From contig JALOMY010000001.1 of NCBI GenBank assembly GCA_025455225.1, positions 1-44,560 of the forward strand: a stretch of DNA of 44,560 nt, given 5' to 3'. Both the position numbers and the translations under genes were made by a program. Every line of letters starts with the position of its first letter. Position 1 is the stretch's first letter. The DNA comes from Cyclobacteriaceae bacterium (lineage in GTDB: Bacteria; Bacteroidota; Bacteroidia; Cytophagales; Cyclobacteriaceae). Positions 9,363-16,511 of this stretch are shown piece by piece. Under the pieces are notes generated by a model that worked only from the letters and a program-made list of their open reading frames with translations, did not search any database and had not been told where the DNA came from.

Positions 9363-9407
9363 TGTACAGTTTTTGTGAAAATAAAGAATTTTAGATTTTT
9401 CAATGAT

Positions 9408-10448
9408 ATGGGAAATATAAGGTTATCGAAATATCTGTTTGCAGTGCTTTTGCTGCTCCTGGCGTGTTCGGATAATAAGGAAACACGCAAGCAACGGTTT
9501 TTATTAAAAGGGAACGAGCTCCTGTTGAAACAGAATTATGCATTAGCCATAAAGAATTATAATGAAGCTCTTGCTCTTGATTCGTGTTACGCAGATGCAT
9601 TGAATAATTTAGGCACAGTTTATTTCAAACAAAAGCAATTTGCGGAAGCATTGCAGTATTATCAATCTGCCCTGACCTGCCGGGAAAATTTTATTAACGC
9701 CCGGTTTAATGAAGCAAACACTTATTTTGAACTGGGGCGCCTGGATGAAGCGATGCGGGATGTGATGCAGCTTAAGCAATTAAAGCCCGATACAGTTCCG
9801 GTTCATTTCCTTGAAGGATTGATTTACACGCGCAAAAGGGAATTTGCTTCAGCTTTAACTTCATTCAATCATGCATTAACTATTGATACCGGAAACATTG
9901 AATTACTTATTAACCTGGGAACTGTTCATTACTACACCCGGGCTTATCGGGAAGCCCGTGAAATTCTTGATCACGCACGAAAACTAAACCCTGACGAGCC
10001 TAATATTTATAACACGCTGGCAATGGTAAATTCTGCTGAAGGTAATTTGAAGGAAGCGTATTCAATGATTAATCACGCGTTGAGCCTAAGGCCGGGAGAT
10101 GCTTATTTTCTTAATAACCGGGGATATTTTTATTTGTTGGAAGGAGACCTTACTAATGCCGAGAGGGATATCAATGCCAGCATTGCAACTGATCCATATA
10201 ACGGATGGGCATACCGGAACAAAGGAATTTTTTACCTGATGAATGAAAATACGGAATCCGCATTACGCATGTTCAACCAGGCATATGAAATGGATCCTTT
10301 TATCGAGCAAATCAATTATTACCGTGCAGTTACTTATTGGAAAGCCGGAGATCGAATCAAATCCTGTGAGGCATGGAAGCAATCCCAGAATAAGTTAGAG
10401 AACCTGAATCAGGTTATCATCCGTCAGGATTTTAGTATGTGCAAATGA
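9408..10448 (+). CDS. tetratricopeptide-repeat lipoprotein
   Basis: Multiple 34-aa TPR units (A...Y..AL.L.P....A..NLG..Y). The lipoprotein signal is MGNIRLSKYLFAVLLLLLAC-S. I prefer the ATG at 9408 over the track start at 9345, because 9345 overlaps the divergent gene and adds a non-signal extension. Confidence 0.8.
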   Translation: MGNIRLSKYLFAVLLLLLACSDNKETRKQRFLLKGNELLLKQNYALAIKNYNEALALDSCYADALNNLGTVYFKQKQFAEALQYYQSALTCRENFINARFNEANTYFELGRLDEAMRDVMQLKQLKPDTVPVHFLEGLIYTRKREFASALTSFNHALTIDTGNIELLINLGTVHYYTRAYREAREILDHARKLNPDEPNIYNTLAMVNSAEGNLKEAYSMINHALSLRPGDAYFLNNRGYFYLLEGDLTNAERDINASIATDPYNGWAYRNKGIFYLMNENTESALRMFNQAYEMDPFIEQINYYRAVTYWKAGDRIKSCEAWKQSQNKLENLNQVIIRQDFSMCK

Positions 10449-10493
10449 TTCAAAATATGTGTAATATTGATTAACCGATAAAATTTTACGCAT

Positions 10494-10595
10494 ATGTCAA
10501 AATCAATGGACAGAAAAAAGGAAACCAAGAAGAAGCCGCAGAAGTCTCTCAAGGAGAAGCGAGCTGAGAAACGATCCAAGAAGGACAACGGCTAA
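10494..10595 (+). CDS. possible small lysine-rich protein (33 aa, MSKSMDRKKETKKKPQKSLKEKRAEKRSKKDNG)
   Basis: An ATG..TAA ORF read from the sequence, not in the track. An intrinsic terminator on the same strand follows 19 nt later. No family is recognised, and it could equally be a non-coding 3' region of the TPR transcript. Confidence 0.25.
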   Translation: MSKSMDRKKETKKKPQKSLKEKRAEKRSKKDNG

Positions 10596-10613
10596 GCAAA
10601 ACCATCTTGCACG

Positions 10614-10643
10614 AAGGCCCATCATTGGATGGGCTTTTTGATT
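10614..10643 (+). terminator. intrinsic terminator (plus-strand orientation)
   Basis: The hairpin is GCCCATC-ATTG-GATGGGC, extendable by A-T and G.T pairs, and is followed by TTTTTGATTT. The other strand has no T-tract after the stem. Confidence 0.65.
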
Positions 10644-10698
10644 TAATGGGATCGATTTCTCTTTTGACGATAGAAAAATGATGCTTTGATCGAAATCT

Positions 10699-11448
10699 TT
10701 AAGCCTCGATTGCCTTTGTAACATTAGATTTCCTGTTCAGAAATAAATCCAGACTGAGTACAAAGAAAATAACGGCAGAGTTGAATTCTGAAATTTCTCC
10801 TATTGAATCATAATACTGAACGGAATAACCATCTGGTAAAAGGTTGCCTTTAATGAACTTAAACAGAAGCCAATTAAATATAAAAAATGAGCCAAGTACC
10901 AGGGAAGGAACCGGAACTCTCATCTTATTGATTAATTGCTTAACAGGAGAGAACAACAATACCGCAAGAGGAAGAATGCCTCCGAAACTAAAACAGAAAA
11001 TTTTATAGAGAAAATCCACCGTCAATAGCTTTCTTAAACCTGTTTTTTGAGTATGGTCAAAATCGTGATCATTTAGAAATTCGATGTTATGAAGAGTAGT
11101 CTCTCCCTGAACATTGAGTTTTGATAATGATTCAGGTGTTCCAAATCCAAGAATTCGTTGTCCCCAGCTAATCTCTTCACCAAATCCAAAAAATAGAAGC
11201 AAGGCTAACAGTAAAATCCAAACATTTCGTTTAGCAATGAATAGCCGGAACAGTGTAAGCGAGGCAAGAAGAAAAAATAAGGCTGTTAAATATTCAAATA
11301 ATCCATCCTCTTCTCCAAGTGTATTCACATTCTTCTCTCCAAAGAAATAAACAGAGTATGCTGCTACTATTATGATAATAAGAGGAATAAACAATTGTAA
11401 CTTTTGAGTAAGTTCATTTTTTACGGTTTTAAATAAATTGCTAATCAT
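10699..11448 (-). CDS. hypothetical polytopic membrane protein
   Basis: 249 aa with about 6 hydrophobic helices. No recognisable catalytic motif. Confidence 0.6.
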   Translation of the reverse strand: MISNLFKTVKNELTQKLQLFIPLIIIIVAAYSVYFFGEKNVNTLGEEDGLFEYLTALFFLLASLTLFRLFIAKRNVWILLLALLLFFGFGEEISWGQRILGFGTPESLSKLNVQGETTLHNIEFLNDHDFDHTQKTGLRKLLTVDFLYKIFCFSFGGILPLAVLLFSPVKQLINKMRVPVPSLVLGSFFIFNWLLFKFIKGNLLPDGYSVQYYDSIGEISEFNSAVIFFVLSLDLFLNRKSNVTKAIEA

Positions 11449-11559
11449 ATCGTCACACTTAATTCAAGGGATTTAACTTGTAATAATTGACAAATATAAA
11501 GCCATATGAGGATTCTTAAATAATTAATTTAAATTAGACATAACTTTAAATTTACTTTT

Positions 11560-12123
11560 ATGACTGCAGGTATTATAACCATTATCATCGTTGCTGTAGT
11601 AGTATTCTATCTTATAGGTATTTATAACAGACTGGTGAAACTGCGAATACGAAGAGAAAATGCATTTGCAGATATTGATGTGCAACTCAAGCAGAGGCAC
11701 GATTTAATTCCCCAACTGGTGAATACGGTTAAGGGGTACATGAAGCACGAAGAGGGAGTATTGGTTAAAGTGACCGAAGCCCGTTCCCAGGCTATGCGGG
11801 CTTCCGGTATTGATGAAAAGATAGCTGCTGAAAAGCAGTTATCATCAGCATTAAGTGGTCTTCGTATTCAACTCGAAGCATATCCTGATCTCAAGGCTAA
11901 TACCAATTTCATGCACCTTCAACAGGAAATCTCCGATATAGAAAATAAGCTGGCAGCTGTACGCAGGTTCTTCAATTCTGCCACCAAGGAATTAAACACC
12001 GCCATACAGGTTTTTCCTAATGTTTTGATAGCAGGTATGTTTGGTTTTAAAACCGAACCTATGTTTGACTTGGGAGAAGAACGCAGCACAGCCCAAAAGG
12101 CGCCCGATATAAATTTTAATTGA
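11560..12123 (+). CDS. LemA family membrane protein
   Basis: 187 aa with an N-terminal TM, then YN.LV.LR....A.ADIDVQLKQRHDLIP.LV..VKGY..HE..V...V.EAR and EAYPDLKA...F..LQ.E....EN..A..R..FN. This is the canonical LemA pattern. Confidence 0.9.
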   Translation: MTAGIITIIIVAVVVFYLIGIYNRLVKLRIRRENAFADIDVQLKQRHDLIPQLVNTVKGYMKHEEGVLVKVTEARSQAMRASGIDEKIAAEKQLSSALSGLRIQLEAYPDLKANTNFMHLQQEISDIENKLAAVRRFFNSATKELNTAIQVFPNVLIAGMFGFKTEPMFDLGEERSTAQKAPDINFN

Positions 12124-12126
12124 TCC

Positions 12127-13068
12127 GTGTCAGGTTACGTGGGCATTCAAAAGCAGATCAGCCGGAACAACCGGATGTCTGTGTTCTACTTGATTGCATT
12201 CCCCTTTTTGGTTTTAGCAGGGGTTTATGCTTTTATTTTTTTCATGACGGGAGATGAATACCGCCCAGCTGATTTTCAGTTGGTGAATTCTGCGTTTGTT
12301 TCGGTAATTCCATGGGTTTTAGGAATGGTACTAATATGGTTTCTCATTGCCTTTACTTTTCACAGCCGGATAATTGATTCTGCAACAGGCGCCAAACCGC
12401 TTGAACGCAAAGAGAATATGCGCGTATATAACCTGGTTGAAAATCTGTGCATGAGTGAAGGAATGACGATGCCCAAAATCCACATCATCGAAGATCCTGC
12501 ACTTAATGCATTCGCCAGCGGTCTTTCAGAGAAGAGTTTTACAGTAACCTTAACCCGTGGCATCATCGATTCGCTGGATGATTTGGAACTGGAGGGTGTA
12601 ATTGCTCATGAACTGATGCATATACGCAATCGTGATGTACGGTTGTTGATAATCACCATCATTTTTGTCGGTATATTTTCATTCCTTGTTCAGATTCTTT
12701 TCCGCAGTATGTTGTACGGATCGGGAAGGAGAAACCGAAAGGATAATAAAGGAATTATCATTGCTTTACTGATTGCCGTGGCCGCCTACTTATTATCCTT
12801 GATTTTTAAGTTTGGTCTGTCGCGAAAACGGGAATACATGGCTGATGCGGGCGCTGCTGAGATGACCAGGAATCCAAAGGCACTGGCTTCAGCACTTCGT
12901 AAAATATCCGGAAACTATGAAGTAAAGTCCGTTAAGGGTGATGACATAAAAGAGATGTTCATTCAGAATCATCCCGATAAATCAAGTGGGTTTATGGGTG
13001 GATTGGAAGGTTTATTTGCAACTCACCCGCCAATTGAAAAGAGGATTGAAATACTGGAACAATTCTGA
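12127..13068 (+). CDS. M48 family (HtpX-like) zinc metalloprotease
   Basis: 313 aa with a GTG start 4 nt after the lemA stop. It has TM helices, the HELMH zinc motif (HEXXH), the downstream EY.AD motif, and a C-terminal THPP...RI. Confidence 0.85.
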   Translation: MSGYVGIQKQISRNNRMSVFYLIAFPFLVLAGVYAFIFFMTGDEYRPADFQLVNSAFVSVIPWVLGMVLIWFLIAFTFHSRIIDSATGAKPLERKENMRVYNLVENLCMSEGMTMPKIHIIEDPALNAFASGLSEKSFTVTLTRGIIDSLDDLELEGVIAHELMHIRNRDVRLLIITIIFVGIFSFLVQILFRSMLYGSGRRNRKDNKGIIIALLIAVAAYLLSLIFKFGLSRKREYMADAGAAEMTRNPKALASALRKISGNYEVKSVKGDDIKEMFIQNHPDKSSGFMGGLEGLFATHPPIEKRIEILEQF

Positions 13069-13072
13069 ACGA

Positions 13073-15043
13073 TTAGTTGCGCCTTAGAAAAATAAAACCA
13101 GTCAATGCTTCACTTGCCTGGTCTTTGTTCAAGACATAATAATAGGTGCCTTCCGGCAGTTCTTTTCCTTTATCGCTGATGCCGGTAAACTTCTTGGTAT
13201 TGTTGTCATATCCTTCAGCATCGTAAACCGGGTTACCCCATCGGTCGAAGATCTGAATTCGGTTTTGTGGATACAACCAAATGTTCCGGATATTCAGAAA
13301 ATCATGTTTTCCATTAGGGTTTGTAGTCACTACGTTGTATATCTCTAGTTCGGCATTGCCTTCACCGATCAGGTTAAGCGTAAATACGGGTATATTACTA
13401 TTGCTGAAGATTGTAAGTGTACCGGTTCTTGAACCGATTTCAGTCGGAACGAAACGGATACTTAGTGTTTCACTTTCATTAACGTCAATCTGGGTTGGTG
13501 GTGTGTTTTCGAGGTTGAAATCACCTGTAACTGTAATCGATGAAATGCTCAGCGTAGCACTGCCGGTGTTGCTGATTTCAAATTGACGGATTCGTTGATC
13601 ACCAACTTCGGTCAATTCAAAATTGATTGTTGCTCCATTGGGTTGAGAAATTCCATCTTCTGTTTTGGCACCGATTATTGGAACGCCTGTAACGGTTAAC
13701 GTAGTTGGTTCCGTTTGCAAAGTGAGGTTGGGAACGATTGAATTGGTAATAAACAGTTCATACGTTCCGGCATCCGGAAAATCAACAGCGGCAATAGTCA
13801 GGGTGTTGCTGGTGGCCCCCGCACGGTTTACTCCATTTTTCCTCCATTGGTACTGGTTAGCAGTACCGCCTACGGAAAAACTTTTCGTAAATGTTTCACC
13901 TACAATCAGGTTCCTGGTTTCTCCGCCAGGAATTATCCGCTGAGGTGAATAAATATAATTGGCAATTCCCATATTAGGCTCGAGGTCTTCGAACGTTAAA
14001 TTATTGGTACTCACATTAAGATTGACCAATGATTTTGAAAAGGTGGGTACCGCAGTTAAGAAATTGCTCTGAAGCTGCACATTAGTAAGACTAGAAATTG
14101 TGGCTATTTCGTTAGGTACAATCCCTGTTAATTGGTTATTGCCTACCAATAATTCTCTCAGTTTGGTCAGGTTACCCAATTCTTTGGGAACTGATCCGTT
14201 CAATTGATTTCGGTTAATTCGGAGAAACTGCAGATTACTTAAACTACCAAGTTGTGTCGGTATTCCTCCGGTAAGAAGGTTGTTTGACAAATTTAGTTCA
14301 ACCAATGCAGACAGATTGCCAAGTTGTGTGGGAAGGTTACCGGATAATTGATTTTCACTGAGGGAAAACGAAGTCAGTTTGGAAAGCGAGCCGAGTGCGC
14401 CTGGAATTGAACCGGTTAATTGATTATTGTCTAATAAAAGTTGAACCAGGTTAGTAAGGTTACCAAGCTGAGCTGGAATCGAACCAGTTAACCGGTTAAA
14501 GGTCAGGTTGATTTGTGTTGCTTTAGCCAGGCTGCCTAATTGCGTTGGTATTTGACCACTCAATTGATTGTTGTTTAACAATAAAACAGTCAGGTTACTC
14601 AAATTACCTAACTGAGAAGGAATTGTTCCTGTTAATTGGGCATTACTAAGATTGAGAAAAACCAAGTTAACCAGATTGCCTAATGATGTAGGTATGGATC
14701 CGCTTAGCCTGTTGTATGCTAAGTCCAATGACGTTAACCCCGTAAGGCTTCCTAGTTGTGCTGGAAGTGTACCAATCAGGTTGTTCCCGGAAAAAGGTGG
14801 ATTGGCCGGATTCATATTGATCTGCGTCACCCGGTTTCCAGTAACAGTAATTCCGTACCAGGTACTTACCGGACGGCCGGGTACAAGCCAATTGGTCCTG
14901 GTCGTCCAACCCGGCCCGTTCGTACTGTTATATAATGCTACTAATGCCAGGGAGTCAGAAAGCACTACCTGAGCTTTCGTGGAATAAGAACACGTTAATC
15001 CGACCAACAGACAGAAGCCAAATAGTGCCCTAAAAATTTTCAT
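13073..15043 (-). CDS. secreted leucine-rich-repeat (plant-type LRR) surface protein with a type-B T9SS C-terminal sorting domain
   Basis: 656 aa. It begins with a signal peptide. About 11 LRRs follow, nine of them exact 24-aa units. Next come an Ig-like segment (YQWRKNG...GATSNTLTI..V...DAGTYEL) and a choice-of-anchor-D/HYDIN-like segment. The C-terminus reads NVVTTNPNGKHDFLNI...IFDRWGN...GTYYYV, which is the gliding-motility CTD. Confidence 0.85.
   Translation of the reverse strand: MKIFRALFGFCLLVGLTCSYSTKAQVVLSDSLALVALYNSTNGPGWTTRTNWLVPGRPVSTWYGITVTGNRVTQINMNPANPPFSGNNLIGTLPAQLGSLTGLTSLDLAYNRLSGSIPTSLGNLVNLVFLNLSNAQLTGTIPSQLGNLSNLTVLLLNNNQLSGQIPTQLGSLAKATQINLTFNRLTGSIPAQLGNLTNLVQLLLDNNQLTGSIPGALGSLSKLTSFSLSENQLSGNLPTQLGNLSALVELNLSNNLLTGGIPTQLGSLSNLQFLRINRNQLNGSVPKELGNLTKLRELLVGNNQLTGIVPNEIATISSLTNVQLQSNFLTAVPTFSKSLVNLNVSTNNLTFEDLEPNMGIANYIYSPQRIIPGGETRNLIVGETFTKSFSVGGTANQYQWRKNGVNRAGATSNTLTIAAVDFPDAGTYELFITNSIVPNLTLQTEPTTLTVTGVPIIGAKTEDGISQPNGATINFELTEVGDQRIRQFEISNTGSATLSISSITVTGDFNLENTPPTQIDVNESETLSIRFVPTEIGSRTGTLTIFSNSNIPVFTLNLIGEGNAELEIYNVVTTNPNGKHDFLNIRNIWLYPQNRIQIFDRWGNPVYDAEGYDNNTKKFTGISDKGKELPEGTYYYVLNKDQASEALTGFIFLRRN
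13979..14830 (-). repeat. in-frame tandem 72-nt (24-aa) LRR units within the LRR gene
   Basis: Residues 100-315 form nine back-to-back 24-aa units with consensus LxxLxxLxLxxNxL[ST]GxIPxxLGx. Degenerate units flank them. Confidence 0.85.
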
Positions 15044-15048
15044 GGGTT

Positions 15049-15960
15049 TTAAAAATACCGAAATATTTTATGCTGTGTACCCAAAGGACTAAATTCTATC
15101 AGAATGGAGAGTTCGTGGGTTCCGTAATTCCTTGTTAATAAGGCATTTACAGGTAATTCAAATCCATAGCCAATACGGGTTCGCTGGGAGATCTGAATCT
15201 GGGTATTGATGCCTACAGCCGAAAGATTACGCACCGTCAAACCTATCCATAAGGTTTCCATAAAGAGTGCATGCAGGTTGGCATCCAGGGCTATATTTCC
15301 ATCCGGAACCATACGCAAAAGAAACGATGGTTTGATTCTTACTTTGCTGTCAAAGGAGTTATTTAGTAAGACACCACCACTGAAATAAAAATGACGCAGG
15401 TACCGTGTACTGCTTACCAGTCCATCATTTACATCTACATTGAGAATACGGGGAGAAGAGGCACCAAAATAAAACTTATCCGTTTTTATAAATATTCCGG
15501 CACCGAAATTTGGTTTTGTGTATTGAGTGAGATTGAGATTCAGATCCTCATCGTCCAGGTACTCCAGGTTTAATTTTGTATAATCATACCGGTAATTGAT
15601 AATGCCTCCCTGAACTCCCAGAGCCAGAATGAATCCATTGCTTTCAATGACGTTAAAGGAGAAGGGTAGTTGAAATTCGAAATTCTGATTAATACCTAAT
15701 TGATCGGAGACCAGCATGCCACCGGTACCAAACCGATAACCCAATGATGATGTGACCGATAAAAAATTGGTGAGGGGGGCACCGTCAATGCCAATCCATT
15801 GCTTGCGTGAAATCAGGTTTACCGTAACATCTTTATAAATTCCAACATAGGCCGGGTTGATCATCCCCTGGTTATAGAAATAAAGATTGTATAATGGGTC
15901 CTGCTGCGCTTTACCCCCAAGAGCCAACAAAAACAGTAAAAACAAGACGGTACTCCGCAT
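15049..15960 (-). CDS. PorP/SprF family type IX secretion system membrane protein
   Basis: 303 aa. After the signal peptide comes QQDPLYNLYFYNQGMINPAYVG, the family-typical N-terminus. The rest has beta-barrel-like alternation. Its stop codon ends 5 nt upstream of the start of the type-B CTD cargo gene. Confidence 0.85.
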   Translation of the reverse strand: MRSTVLFLLFLLALGGKAQQDPLYNLYFYNQGMINPAYVGIYKDVTVNLISRKQWIGIDGAPLTNFLSVTSSLGYRFGTGGMLVSDQLGINQNFEFQLPFSFNVIESNGFILALGVQGGIINYRYDYTKLNLEYLDDEDLNLNLTQYTKPNFGAGIFIKTDKFYFGASSPRILNVDVNDGLVSSTRYLRHFYFSGGVLLNNSFDSKVRIKPSFLLRMVPDGNIALDANLHALFMETLWIGLTVRNLSAVGINTQIQISQRTRIGYGFELPVNALLTRNYGTHELSILIEFSPLGTQHKIFRYF

Positions 15961-16154
15961 TCAAATGGTACGCCTAAAGCCAATTTAAGGGCGTGAAGGT
16001 AATAATTTATAGTTAAATGGGTACGAACAGATTTTGAAGAGGCATGCTCAAAACTAAGAATATGGCCATTCTGCAAAGGCCTGATTCGGATTACAGTACT
16101 AGTTCAGACCGTTTATAAATTCAACCCTAATGCAACCTGTTAGTAATAGATACG

Positions 16155-16162
16155 TATATTTG
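16155..16162 (+). promoter_or_regulatory. candidate Bacteroidota -7 promoter element (TATATTTG = TAnnTTTG)
   Basis: An exact match to TAnnTTTG ends 20 nt upstream of the padR-like ATG. No clean -33 TTTG was seen. Confidence 0.35.
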
Positions 16163-16181
16163 TTTTACAAAATATATAGAA

Positions 16182-16511
16182 ATGAATAAAGATTACCTCG
16201 GAGAATTTGAGGAATTGGTGCTTACCATGGTGGGCATATTGGGTGAAGAAGCGTACGGAATTGCCATTGTTAATGAGATTCACGAACGATTGGGCAGGGA
16301 AGTGAATCTAAGTGCCGTGCATGTAACCCTTTACAGGCTTGAAGACAAAGGACACGTTAAATCAAGAATGGGAGGGGCAACCAATGCCCGTGGAGGAAGG
16401 CGCAAACGGATATTTACGATTACCAATGCCGGATTGGCCATGTTAAAAAACATGAAGGAAGCCCGCATTGATCTTTGGCGGATGATACCCCAACTTAAGT
16501 ATAGTGTATGA
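16182..16511 (+). CDS. PadR family transcriptional regulator
   Basis: 109 aa winged-helix protein with LGEFEELVL..V..LGEEAYG..I...I......V.LSAVHVTLYRLEDKG.V.S. It overlaps the downstream permease by 4 nt. Confidence 0.9.
   Translation: MNKDYLGEFEELVLTMVGILGEEAYGIAIVNEIHERLGREVNLSAVHVTLYRLEDKGHVKSRMGGATNARGGRRKRIFTITNAGLAMLKNMKEARIDLWRMIPQLKYSV

Noticed and set aside
9345-9407. The N-terminal extension of the TPR gene (MLLKIHCTVFVKIKNFRFFND) given by the ORF track.
   Set aside because: It overlaps the divergent DUF3592 gene start by 18 nt. It would also bury the lipoprotein signal (MGNIRLSKYLFAVLLLLLAC) internally, so the ATG at 9408 is the more sensible start.
10503-10724. The track ORF of 73 aa on the minus strand.
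   Set aside because: It overlaps the 3' end of the 10699-11448 gene. It is antisense to a plus-strand Lys-codon-rich ORF and runs across a plus-oriented terminator. Its Leu/Ser/Phe-rich translation is what the complement of AAG/AAA/GAG runs produces.
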